A stretch of 64,000 bases of DNA from Candidatus Poribacteria bacterium (lineage in GTDB: Bacteria; Poribacteria; WGA-4E; JAJDTR01). The translations under genes were made by a program, and so were the position numbers. Position 1 is the first letter of the stretch. Each line of letters begins with the position of its first letter. Positions 51,046 to 60,285 of the stretch are shown here, one piece after another. The stretch spans positions 4,256,001-4,320,000 of the forward strand of contig CBDCTK010000002.1 in the NCBI GenBank assembly GCA_965222225.1, given 5' to 3'. The notes under the pieces are model-generated. The model made no database searches, was not told the origin of the DNA, and saw only the letters and a list, made by a program, of their open reading frames with translations.

Positions 51046-53046
51046 TCATTCGGCGAGCAAGTCTCGAATCGCACGCTCAATACTTTCAACGTTGGGGACT
51101 ATTTCCTTTTCCAACGTCGGACTATACGGCGTTGGGGCAAATGCGCCATTCAGGCACTTTATCGGCGCGTCAAGGTCGTCGAAGCCGGCATCCGCTACCC
51201 GTGCTGCGATTTCAGAAGCCATACTGCACGGAGCAAAAACCTCGTCGACAACAAGAAGACGTCCCGTTTTGTGCACCGATTCCAAGATAGTCTCCAGATC
51301 GAGCGGCGAAACTGACCGCGGATCGATGATTTCCACGGATACACTTTCGTCTGCCAACCGTGCTGCAACTTTTTCCGCGTGATGGCGCATCAATGCCAAG
51401 GCGACAACTGTGAGATCCGTGCCTTCTCGAACAATGGTTGACTTTCCAAACGGAATCTCATACGACTCCTCGGGCACTGGGCCTTTTATTGCCATTAACT
51501 CCCGATGCTCAAGAAACAGTACCGGATCCGTGCACCGAAGCGCATGTGTGAACAAACCTTTGGCATCATACGGGGTGGCCGGCATTACAACGCGCAGCCC
51601 TGGAATCTGGGAATAGATGGAGTGATAGTTGCCCGAATGATGGGTAGCCGCCGAGTGCCCAATCCCGACGCAGCCGCGCACGAGAATCGGCATCTTCAAT
51701 CGTCCACTGCTCATGTATTGCATTTTGGCAATCTGATTGACGAGCTCCCCGAAACTGTCGTTAATGAAATCAAAAAACATGCAATCAATGACAGGTCGAG
51801 TGCCCGACATTGCAGCGCCGCCGCCAAGTCCGACAAATCCGCGCTCGCAGATTGGCGTATCGCATAGCCTGTCTGCGCCATATTTCTCGAATAAGCCGTA
51901 GGTTGTCATAAAGTTGCCGCCGCGGACACCAGACCCCTCTCCCATGACAAAGATAGTATCGTCTGCCGCCATCGCCGCGTCAAGTGCTTCAAGCGTCGCA
52001 CCGACGAACGTCGTCTCGCGATCTCCTTTCGAAGGTGGCTCCGAAATTGAATCCGTCGCAGCCCCGGAATAAACATGGTCAGTCGCGGTTTTTCCATCCG
52101 GATAGCTACTCGCCTCGGCAAATTGGTGCGACTCGGCAACTAGCCCGCGAATCTCCTCGTCAATGGCATCCAACTCCGTGGCATCGGCCGTTCCTTTGTC
52201 TTTTAGCGTTCGTCGCAGTCGCTGAATGGGACATCGCTCCTTCCATTCTTCAACATTCTCTCGCGTGCGATAAGTGAAATCTCCCATGCCTTCCGCATGT
52301 GCCCGCGTCCGGTAGGTCTTACACTCGATTAACGTAGCGCCGCCGCCGCTACGAGCTCGATTGATCGCCTCTCCCGCGATTCGATAAATCTCCAAGACAT
52401 TGTTCCCATCAACTTCATACCCGGGTATTCCATAGCTTGAGGCGCGTCGACCTACATCGGGAATTCCGCTTGCATACTCAAACGGCACTTCGGTGGCGAA
52501 TTGGTTGTTTTCGCAGACGAATATAACAGGCAAATTCCAAATGCTTGCCATGTTCAATCCTTCGTGGAACGCGCCGTTGTTCACGCCGCCATCGCCAAAA
52601 CACGCCACCGCGACATTGTCGGTTTTCTTGATTTTGAATGTGTATCCGCCGCCGCACGCTTGCAGAATACACGGCCCAACAATACCGCTCGTCCCCATTA
52701 GTCCTATTTCCGGTTTGAACAGATGCATACTGCCGCCGCGTCCTTGGGAACAGCCCGTTTCTCGCCCGTACAATTCCGCAATTAGCTCTCTCGGATGCAG
52801 CCCTTTGGCTAACGCATGGCCATGACCACGATGCGTGCTAAAGACAACATCGTCTACCCGCAAATGGGCAAAGACACCCGCTGCAATAGCCTCTTCTCCG
52901 ACATAGGTGTGACATGCTCCGTGTACCAGACCACGCTGATGGGATCTGGCGAGTTGTTCTTCAGACTGCCGAATCAACTGCATCGTGCGATAACAGTCAA
53001 GCACGGCGGCTTTGTTTAAGCCCGAATTTTCTTGTTGTGCTGCCAT
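51046..53046 (-). CDS. Fused E1 alpha/beta TPP-dependent dehydrogenase (acetoin/pyruvate dehydrogenase type)
   Basis: STHRGHGH, GRGGSMH, TPP motif GDG..N, beta part DTPICE, DPVLFLEH. Confidence 0.92.
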   Translation of the reverse strand: MAAQQENSGLNKAAVLDCYRTMQLIRQSEEQLARSHQRGLVHGACHTYVGEEAIAAGVFAHLRVDDVVFSTHRGHGHALAKGLHPRELIAELYGRETGCSQGRGGSMHLFKPEIGLMGTSGIVGPCILQACGGGYTFKIKKTDNVAVACFGDGGVNNGAFHEGLNMASIWNLPVIFVCENNQFATEVPFEYASGIPDVGRRASSYGIPGYEVDGNNVLEIYRIAGEAINRARSGGGATLIECKTYRTRAHAEGMGDFTYRTRENVEEWKERCPIQRLRRTLKDKGTADATELDAIDEEIRGLVAESHQFAEASSYPDGKTATDHVYSGAATDSISEPPSKGDRETTFVGATLEALDAAMAADDTIFVMGEGSGVRGGNFMTTYGLFEKYGADRLCDTPICERGFVGLGGGAAMSGTRPVIDCMFFDFINDSFGELVNQIAKMQYMSSGRLKMPILVRGCVGIGHSAATHHSGNYHSIYSQIPGLRVVMPATPYDAKGLFTHALRCTDPVLFLEHRELMAIKGPVPEESYEIPFGKSTIVREGTDLTVVALALMRHHAEKVAARLADESVSVEIIDPRSVSPLDLETILESVHKTGRLLVVDEVFAPCSMASEIAARVADAGFDDLDAPIKCLNGAFAPTPYSPTLEKEIVPNVESIERAIRDLLAE

Positions 53047-53048
53047 TC

Positions 53049-53855
53049 TCACTCCTTAAATACTTCGCTACCGACCGATCCGCCGGCGTTCATCGCGAGG
53101 TTGCCACCGTCCATCGGGATAATTGCCCCCGTAATCCATGACGACGCATCTGATGCTAGCAGCACGGCGAGGCCACGGATGTCGTCAGGACTGCCGAATC
53201 GTCCCCTCGGAATGCCGCTAAGGAATCGTTCCTTGATACGTGGATCGGTGTCAATCCGCTTCTGCAATCCTGCATTCAAAACCTGTGCAGGCAAGATTGC
53301 GTTAACACGCACACCTCGTCCAGACCATTCGGTGCTCAGTTCCCTCGTCATTTGGACAACTGCTCCCATCGCCATACTGTAGGCAATGTGTCCCCTGCCC
53401 ATGCCCGTGATACTGGCAAGTGAACCGAGACTAACGATGCTACCACTCCCCGCTGCAAGCATCCGCCGTCCGGCTTCTTGGCAGCAACAAAACCGTCCGT
53501 AGACAAGATTACGCCAGGTCCACTCAACGTCTTCTAGGGAGATAACCTCCGGTTTGGCTCGTACCGCTTCGCCGGCGACGTTTCCCAGAAAGTCAACGCG
53601 ACCGAATTCGTTGTCCAGTTGCGCAAACATCGCTCGGATTTCGTCCGGACGGGATACATTACAGTTTACCGGAACCGCGCGGCGCCCCATGGCTTCTATT
53701 TCACCAGCGGTTTTCTCCGCGCCCTCCAAATTGATGTCGGCAAGCATCAAGTCCGCGCCGGCTTCCGCCAGTGCAAGCGACATGGCACGCCCCATCCCGC
53801 TAGCAGCTCCCGATACAACGGCAACTCGACCCGAAAGATCGAACATCTTTGTCAT
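53049..53855 (-). CDS. Short-chain dehydrogenase/reductase
   Basis: SGAASGMG, NVAG, RVNAILP; catalytic motif reads YSMAM instead of YxxxK. Confidence 0.88.
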   Translation of the reverse strand: MTKMFDLSGRVAVVSGAASGMGRAMSLALAEAGADLMLADINLEGAEKTAGEIEAMGRRAVPVNCNVSRPDEIRAMFAQLDNEFGRVDFLGNVAGEAVRAKPEVISLEDVEWTWRNLVYGRFCCCQEAGRRMLAAGSGSIVSLGSLASITGMGRGHIAYSMAMGAVVQMTRELSTEWSGRGVRVNAILPAQVLNAGLQKRIDTDPRIKERFLSGIPRGRFGSPDDIRGLAVLLASDASSWITGAIIPMDGGNLAMNAGGSVGSEVFKE

Positions 53856-53994
53856 AGCTTTATCTCCCTGTTCATGCGTTTCCTAAACTCGTTCTCGGAG
53901 CGGTCGGTGGTTTTCAATCCGTCATTTCGTGGTGCCCAAGTCAACGAACATCGTAGAATCCGTTATGCAGTCCGACCTGCTTTACGCAGATTGC

Positions 53995-54023
53995 AGTATA
54001 GCATACCCACCTGTCGGTGTCAA
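53995..54023 (-). promoter_or_regulatory. Consensus sigma70 promoter for the SDR-E1-E2 operon
   Basis: Minus strand TTGACA-17bp-TATACT with TGn. Confidence 0.75.
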
Positions 54024-54157
54024 CGGGTATGTCCATCAGCACCGGGAACTGAAGAGAAGATTCCACCAAAGATGGAAAATCGACGAGGTGATGATTGCCG
54101 ATTGTGTGCGATGAACGTATTGTAAACATTGGACTTAAGCCCTTGGAATAAGGTACT

Positions 54158-55159
54158 TCAATTTCGCGCAATTGGTATCGTCACCTTCCCGTTCCCTTGG
54201 CGCTGCGACTCCAAGAACCCAATCATTATTTCGACGACGTTGAGTGCCGCTCTCGCGGGTGATTTGGGTTCACCACCTTCATCGATTAAGCGCACCAGTT
54301 CCCGGACGCCCGCAGGGATTCCCTCCACTTCCCATTCGGGTGGCTGAATCGATTCAACGGCATCCTCACGGTAGATGGTGGCGCCGTGATTTCCGATTAA
54401 GATGTAGCCGGTAGCACCCACGATTTCAAGCCGAACTCCACTCCAAAAAGCTGTCTTGGGACCGCCGGCGTAATATCCACGGACGCCGTTAGCGAAGTGG
54501 ATGTAACCGTGGGCGGACGGCTCGGTTTTCGGATCGTGACCGCCATCCCCGCGATACTCTGAATAATCTTCATAGCCGTCCTCGAGTTCTGCAGAGACCC
54601 ATTCCGGATGGGAATCAGCAATGTAGCAGATCGCATCAATCATGTGCGTCCCGTTACGAAAGAGCATCGCGCGGGGGCCGTTAAGTGTGCCAATGATATA
54701 ATGCACGGCACCTATCTCGCCTGCGTCGACTACCTCCTCTTTCGTGTGGCGCCACAAGGGATTAAACCTGCGCGTGTGGTCAATGGACAGAATTGTCCCG
54801 TTACGTTCGGCGGCTTCAACCATCCGATCCGCATCAACTAGATTGGTAGCCATCGGTTTTTCGCAAAAGATTCCCTTTGCTCCCGCATTCGAAGCGTCCA
54901 CGACGAGATCCGCATGCCGGTGATCCGAGGTCGCCACGGTGACGATGTCGAGGTTTTCCCTTTCCAACATTTCACGATGGTTTGTGTACAAACCAAGATT
55001 GGGCCAAGTGTCCTTCCAGTCTTCTTGGAAGCCGTCCAGTGCAGGTTGCAATAGATCGCATGCGGCGACCAATTCGGCGTTGGGCAATCCCACCAAACCG
55101 GACGCATGCATTCTCCCAACCCCCCTACATCCGATAACTGCAGCGCGAAGTTTTTCCAT
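54158..55159 (-). CDS. Gfo/Idh/MocA oxidoreductase
   Basis: AAVIGC..G..H, IFCEKPMA, GTHMID; RBS GGAGG. Confidence 0.9.
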   Translation of the reverse strand: MEKLRAAVIGCRGVGRMHASGLVGLPNAELVAACDLLQPALDGFQEDWKDTWPNLGLYTNHREMLERENLDIVTVATSDHRHADLVVDASNAGAKGIFCEKPMATNLVDADRMVEAAERNGTILSIDHTRRFNPLWRHTKEEVVDAGEIGAVHYIIGTLNGPRAMLFRNGTHMIDAICYIADSHPEWVSAELEDGYEDYSEYRGDGGHDPKTEPSAHGYIHFANGVRGYYAGGPKTAFWSGVRLEIVGATGYILIGNHGATIYREDAVESIQPPEWEVEGIPAGVRELVRLIDEGGEPKSPARAALNVVEIMIGFLESQRQGNGKVTIPIARN

Positions 55160-55309
55160 AATGTCCTCCAAAATAATGTCTATACCAGTTAAATACTCGA
55201 CCGAGGCTAATGAAAAACATATCCTTGTGAAACGCAAAATGAAAGGGACTTAAACCCTGAATCCTCTTACGTTTTCAATCTTCCACCCTTAACCATACTC
55301 GCTATTGTA

Positions 55310-55945
55310 TTACATATGTTTACCCACCCATAGCACGCCACGTCGAATAATCTCTTGGAAATTTGGATTCTCAAGAACTGCCATGTCATGCCCGAGTGCA
55401 AAGTAGAATACACGCCCATCCCCGTAGGTGTGATGAAATGCCATGACGAGCGTTTCATCGCAGGTTGGATCGTACGCTTGCATCACATGGTGCGACGTCG
55501 ACGACTCATGTTTCAGATAATACAGTTCGTCCGTCACCACGAAATCAGAAAGTCCGCGCGTAATTTCGTGCTCCGCATCAACGATGTTGACGGTAAAATC
55601 CATGTATTTGCTGTGACCGAGGAGGAACGAATTCAACATGCCATGGTATCCCTCGGAGGCATGGAAAGACGCCGCAGCCGTGTGAAGTCCGAAAAACCCT
55701 CCTCCCCGCTTTATATAGCTTAGCAAACCGTTTTCTTGGGCGTCCGTGAGGTCACCTACATCGGTATAAAAGAGGACGGAACGGTAGTCGTCAAGTCCGT
55801 CTGCCAGGAAATCATAGTCCCGAGAAAAATCCGCTGTGATATCGCCGGCTTTCGACACTGTTTCGGCAATGAAACTTCCCTGCCCCGCATGGTTGTGATA
55901 GATACCTTCCGTACCAACAAATACCAGAAGTCTTAGAGGCTCCAT
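55310..55945 (-). CDS. ThuA-like domain protein
   Basis: GGGFFGLHTA, HEITRGL..F..DELY, YGDGRVFYFALGH. Confidence 0.82.
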   Translation of the reverse strand: MEPLRLLVFVGTEGIYHNHAGQGSFIAETVSKAGDITADFSRDYDFLADGLDDYRSVLFYTDVGDLTDAQENGLLSYIKRGGGFFGLHTAAASFHASEGYHGMLNSFLLGHSKYMDFTVNIVDAEHEITRGLSDFVVTDELYYLKHESSTSHHVMQAYDPTCDETLVMAFHHTYGDGRVFYFALGHDMAVLENPNFQEIIRRGVLWVGKHM

Positions 55946-56187
55946 ACGCTCCCCCATCAAATTTCTCGGATTCTCCCGCCGACAAGTACAACAATGAATG
56001 TACAATGAACCAGTAAGTTTAGTCTGTTGTAACGGCCCGATCTGTAACCCTAATCAAGGTATCACGAAAACCTGAATGAGTCAAGTATCATTAAACATCG
56101 ACAATTCCGCTTTAGGCTCGACATTCGCAGCTTTACATTTGTAGTGCGAAAGAGATGACTCAACGCCTCAATGCACAAGGGATACTT

Positions 56188-56341
56188 AACCCAAGTTGCT
56201 ACTTACAAGATTTTAGACATGCACCACCGTTTTTAATTGAGAATAGTTCATTAATTGCGGAGATTTCGTCGCGCAAACTGTCTGTTTGCGCATCACAAGC
56301 ACAATCTAACAGATTGTGCTACAAAGGTGCCAACTTAGGTT
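56188..56341. mobile_element. Possible MITE-like cassette with AACC(C/T)AAGTTG termini enclosing two palindromes
   Basis: AACCCAAGTTG / CAACTTAGGTT (10/11 match); GCGCAAAC-GTTTGCGC hairpin at 56271-56291 and minus-strand GTAGCACAATCT-GTT-AGATTGTGCT REP at 56298-56322. Confidence 0.5.
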
Positions 56342-56414
56342 TCTTAAATAGACGTTCTAGCAAACATCGTCCGACAAATCAGATGCGATTGCCGTGAAAT
56401 ATCGGCTTAAAAAC

Positions 56415-56443
56415 TTGACACATTCTCGTAGTTCGTTTATGAT
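56415..56443 (+). promoter_or_regulatory. Sigma70 promoter
   Basis: TTGACA-17bp-TATGAT upstream of LamG gene 56697. Confidence 0.65.
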
Positions 56444-56696
56444 GGTTGAACATAATAGATTAGACATCCGGCGAACCGATTGCAACTGATTACTACGGAT
56501 TGCTGTCCTATCATAGCAAACTACTTAATATCGGCATTGATGAATCGAAGACGTATTCTCTTTTGATTCTTTCTCAACTTGTGAGAGCACGCTATACTGC
56601 GCTACCACCGCTTCAAGCCTTTCGTGCTTCACATCGAAGTTGCTTGTCACGAGAAATCGAATTTTTAACTTTTTTATACGCTAGTGTGGTTGCAAC

Positions 56697-57491
56697 ATGA
56701 ACAAATCTCTCGTTTCTAAATTGGGACTATTCTTCATGCTCCTATCCTTCCTCGCCTCGACATTCGCCGAAATCTGTGACGCGAAACTGGACATGGAAGG
56801 AGTCGTTACAATGTGGCTGCTTGACGAAGGAGAACGAGATCAGGTTATTGACACGTCTGACAACGGGCATGATGGAAGATTTGTAGGAGGAAGAGTAAAA
56901 TGGGTTGATGGAAAGTATGGTCAAGCACTCGAGTTCAGTCAGGAAGGTTGGGTCGAGATGAATGCGTCGGTTGTTGTGGACACGGTCGATTGGTCAATGG
57001 GTTGTTGGGCGAAACCTTGGGACAGTCAAAAAAATTGGGCGAACATTCTCTCTAGCCATAATGCTCTCCGAGGAATTTCCTTCGAACAGTTAGATAATAA
57101 TGTCAATCGAATGGGAGTTGCTATGGGTGACGGCGAAACGTGGGGAGGCGCAGGTTTCGTACGACTCAAAACCAATCAGTGGAATCACATGGTTTTCACG
57201 CGAAAAGGGAAAACAGGAACATGGTATCTTAACGGGAAAATGGACAATGCAAAGCAGATGGATTCGGACAATCCGGTTGTTGCTTCCCCTTCACACTTTC
57301 GAATTGGCAATTGGGTGCTCGGTAGTCGCGGATGGAACGGAATTGTCGATGAAGCCTTTATCTTCGAGAGGGCGCTTAGCGAAGAAGAGATAAGAACCAT
57401 CATGAATCAGGGTCTAGAGCGTGCCCGATCCGTAAATCCAAATGACAAAGTTGCCACGTCGTGGGGAAGGATAAAAACTTCGTACGAATAA
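56697..57491 (+). CDS. Secreted LamG-like protein
   Basis: Signal peptide; WLLDEG..DTSDNGHDG..WVDGKYGQALEF, WNHMVF, GIVDEAFIF; tail DKVATSWGRIK. Confidence 0.85.
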   Translation: MNKSLVSKLGLFFMLLSFLASTFAEICDAKLDMEGVVTMWLLDEGERDQVIDTSDNGHDGRFVGGRVKWVDGKYGQALEFSQEGWVEMNASVVVDTVDWSMGCWAKPWDSQKNWANILSSHNALRGISFEQLDNNVNRMGVAMGDGETWGGAGFVRLKTNQWNHMVFTRKGKTGTWYLNGKMDNAKQMDSDNPVVASPSHFRIGNWVLGSRGWNGIVDEAFIFERALSEEEIRTIMNQGLERARSVNPNDKVATSWGRIKTSYE

Positions 57492-57658
57492 CTTGGACGC
57501 CTCCCCGACTAACTCATGGCTGCACTTCAATGAGAGTGTGACATCCCATTGGTCGTGGATCGCGTTAATCTCACCCTCGGATGCCGGATGACATCGGGTA
57601 GACCTCAGCCAAACCTGACTGAATTCATACCACATTTATAGGAAAGGAAATCCAAGCT

Positions 57659-58705
57659 ATGGCGCAGGGCGCCGGTCATCAGCCATATCGGGTTGCAATT
57701 GTCGGAACGGGCAGCATTGCAACACGGCACGGTAGAGCGTGCAACGAAGTCAATTCCGCCGAATTGTGGGCGATTTGCGACATATCGGAAGATTCGTTGT
57801 CATCATTCGGCGATGAGTTCGGTGTCGCTCGTCGATACACCAACCTGAAAGAGATGTTGGCGACCGAGGAAATCGACATAGCTATCGTTTCCACCTGGGG
57901 CCCGGCGCACGCCGAAACTACCATACAAATTGCGGAATCCAAGAGCGTTAAGGCAATTCTCTGCGAAAAACCCTTTGCGCTCACCGCTAGCGAGGCTGAG
58001 CGGATGGCAGCAGCGGCACACCGAAACGGTGTTTTGCTTGCCGAGGCGTTCAAATTTCGTCATCACCCCATGCACCTGCGCGCAAAAGAGTTGGTGGATA
58101 GCGGTGTCATCGGCGAAGTCCGATCTATCCGCAGTACACTTCTCACCCCTCCGAGGGTGCTTCGGCTGGAGGTAAACGATGGTAAGCTTCTCCCTGACAG
58201 GAATTGGCGATGGAACAGACAAAAAGGCGGGGGAAGCATTTATGATGTCGGGTGTTACTGCATTCACCATGCACGGTTTATCTTGGATGCCGAACCGGTT
58301 CGAGTCTTCGCCGTCGCAGAACGCGGAGTGGAAGTGGATGACGCAACCTATATTATTCTCGAATTTGCCGGCGACCACGCTGCTCAAATCTCGGTCGGCT
58401 ACACCTCTTGGGATTCTCAATACACTGAAATCTGTGGAACAAGTGGAATGATTCGTATGGACCGCGCGTGGAGCAACGAAGACAAACCCGTTACGCTCCA
58501 ACTTCAAACAAACCGGGGAACCGAAAACATTGACTTTGAGCCGACATTCCAGTTCACCGATCAACTCCAACACCTTTGCGATTGCCTAAGCTCGGGTATT
58601 CCTGTCCGTATTTCATTGAATAACAGTATCTGTCAAGTTAGGGTAATTGACGCCGTCTTTGAATCACTCGAAACAGGTAAGGCAATCGAAATGCATCCTG
58701 CATAA
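57659..58705 (+). CDS. Gfo/Idh/MocA oxidoreductase
   Basis: VAIVGTGSIA, ILCEKP, EAFKFRHHP, GGGSIYDVGCY. Confidence 0.9.
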   Translation: MAQGAGHQPYRVAIVGTGSIATRHGRACNEVNSAELWAICDISEDSLSSFGDEFGVARRYTNLKEMLATEEIDIAIVSTWGPAHAETTIQIAESKSVKAILCEKPFALTASEAERMAAAAHRNGVLLAEAFKFRHHPMHLRAKELVDSGVIGEVRSIRSTLLTPPRVLRLEVNDGKLLPDRNWRWNRQKGGGSIYDVGCYCIHHARFILDAEPVRVFAVAERGVEVDDATYIILEFAGDHAAQISVGYTSWDSQYTEICGTSGMIRMDRAWSNEDKPVTLQLQTNRGTENIDFEPTFQFTDQLQHLCDCLSSGIPVRISLNNSICQVRVIDAVFESLETGKAIEMHPA

Positions 58706-58816
58706 GCCGTCCTTGTATTCGCCGTGCTTGTCCATATTCGCGGTATCGTCGTGCTCCTTGACCTGCAGAAGGAAAATCCCCTTCTGATTGCCATTATCAT
58801 TATCACTTGGTTTAGA

Positions 58817-59188
58817 ATGGAAGGCCCATTTCAACTAGACGAAAACGTGATTGACGCAGTCGTCACCCAAACAACACCCGCTGTTTACCTGATTCGCCGA
58901 ATTGAAGAAACTGAAGCATACGCCCACTACAAGGCACGAATTGAGCGCGCCGATGCTGGCGCCCTTAAGGATGAACTCAAACAATGGATTGGCTCCGACT
59001 ACCGCGTCTTCTGTTTCCAATATGTAAAGGGGATAGATACGGCATTCCAACGGCAATGCATTTTATGGCATGAAATGGGTGGAGCAGCAAATAAGCTTGA
59101 CAACGAACGGCATCCGGTACCAAACGAAGGATGCGCAATCCTATGTCCTATCTGTTCCACAACGACAGATAATCCTGCCTCTACTTAG
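58817..59188 (+). CDS. Small hypothetical protein, possibly degenerate GIY-YIG-like, with C-terminal CPIC
   Basis: GPF.L..ID..V..PAVY..F.FQY..AF..QC.LWH..GG..LDN..HP..CP.C pattern. Confidence 0.5.
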   Translation: MEGPFQLDENVIDAVVTQTTPAVYLIRRIEETEAYAHYKARIERADAGALKDELKQWIGSDYRVFCFQYVKGIDTAFQRQCILWHEMGGAANKLDNERHPVPNEGCAILCPICSTTTDNPAST

Positions 59189-59309
59189 TTTATACGCGGT
59201 CATAGGCATCGCGTAATATCTTTACCTGTTGACCCAAGCTGAAGAGCTTGGTCTTCCAGAGGGCATGTTATGTCTGCCCCCAAGCTAGAATTCCAAGGAG
59301 ATATCCTAA

Positions 59310-60146
59310 ATGAAACTGTCCCAAGAACAACAAAACTTCTTCGAGACGTTCGGATACCTGCTGATACCACAGCTATTTTCCCCGGAAGAAACGGAGAAGA
59401 TTATTGAAAACTTTGAATGGTCAATCCAAAATCGTGGCGGTGGAAAAGATCATGATGGTTCCCGTCGCACTATGTTTGGGGCCCCCATTGAGCGTCATGC
59501 TGAGATGTGCGCGATTCTCGACCACCCTTCGATACTTGGCCTCCTTGGAGGCGTAATGGGCGACGATTTCTATTATTGTGGGGGTGACGGCAACTACTAT
59601 ACCGGAAACACGAGCTGGCACCCTGATGGAGGCTGGGGGCGGCTCATTGCAACGAAAACCGCTTTCTATCTGGACCATCTCACTCGTGACACCGGAGCAC
59701 TTCGTCTCATTCCGGGTAGTCATCACCCCGACCATTTCGTTCGGAAAGAAAAATTGGATGTCAATAACTCGCTAGAACTTTTTGGCGTGCCGCCCTCGGA
59801 GCTTCCCGGCAGTATAGCCGTCGAAACGAATCCCGGCGACATTGCTATCTTCAATCACGATGTCTACCATGCCTCCTTTAGGGGCACCACAAGAAGACGT
59901 ATGTTCACGATGAACTGCACCATCTGTCCCAAGACGCCAGACGAAGAGGAAGGGGTACGCCAATATGTGCAGCGTCATTCCCCCGGCACTGGAAATAATG
60001 CCACGGGAGCGGGAATGTATTTTCCACTCATGATAGATACTGCTAGTGAAGATCGGATGACCCATCTCCGGGGACCAATAAAGATTCATGACCAGCTTTT
60101 CCCGCATTTGGCGAGAGATGTCGTGAATAGGGAAGCCGCTGTCTAG
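59310..60146 (+). CDS. PhyH-family dioxygenase (compact subfamily)
   Basis: LSQEQQNFFETFGYL, WHPDG, LIPGSH, YHASF..RRRMF; RBS AAGGAG. Confidence 0.88.
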   Translation: MKLSQEQQNFFETFGYLLIPQLFSPEETEKIIENFEWSIQNRGGGKDHDGSRRTMFGAPIERHAEMCAILDHPSILGLLGGVMGDDFYYCGGDGNYYTGNTSWHPDGGWGRLIATKTAFYLDHLTRDTGALRLIPGSHHPDHFVRKEKLDVNNSLELFGVPPSELPGSIAVETNPGDIAIFNHDVYHASFRGTTRRRMFTMNCTICPKTPDEEEGVRQYVQRHSPGTGNNATGAGMYFPLMIDTASEDRMTHLRGPIKIHDQLFPHLARDVVNREAAV

Positions 60147-60285
60147 ATTACCGCATTCGATTGTACATTGAAAAACCTCATTACAACGAAAAGATTGTTC
60201 GGCGCGACCGGTCAAGCGCCACTTTGCAACCACCCGTCCGACGACATTCCCCACTAGTTTCAATTTTACCTGTTGGAGTAACAAG

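Noticed and set aside
53941-54171. 76-aa minus-strand ORF between Gfo and SDR
   Set aside because: It spans the consensus promoter of the downstream operon and has no protein motif
9179-60146. PhyH paralogs as halogenases
   Set aside because: All retain the Asp of HxD; 2OG halogenases have HxA/G
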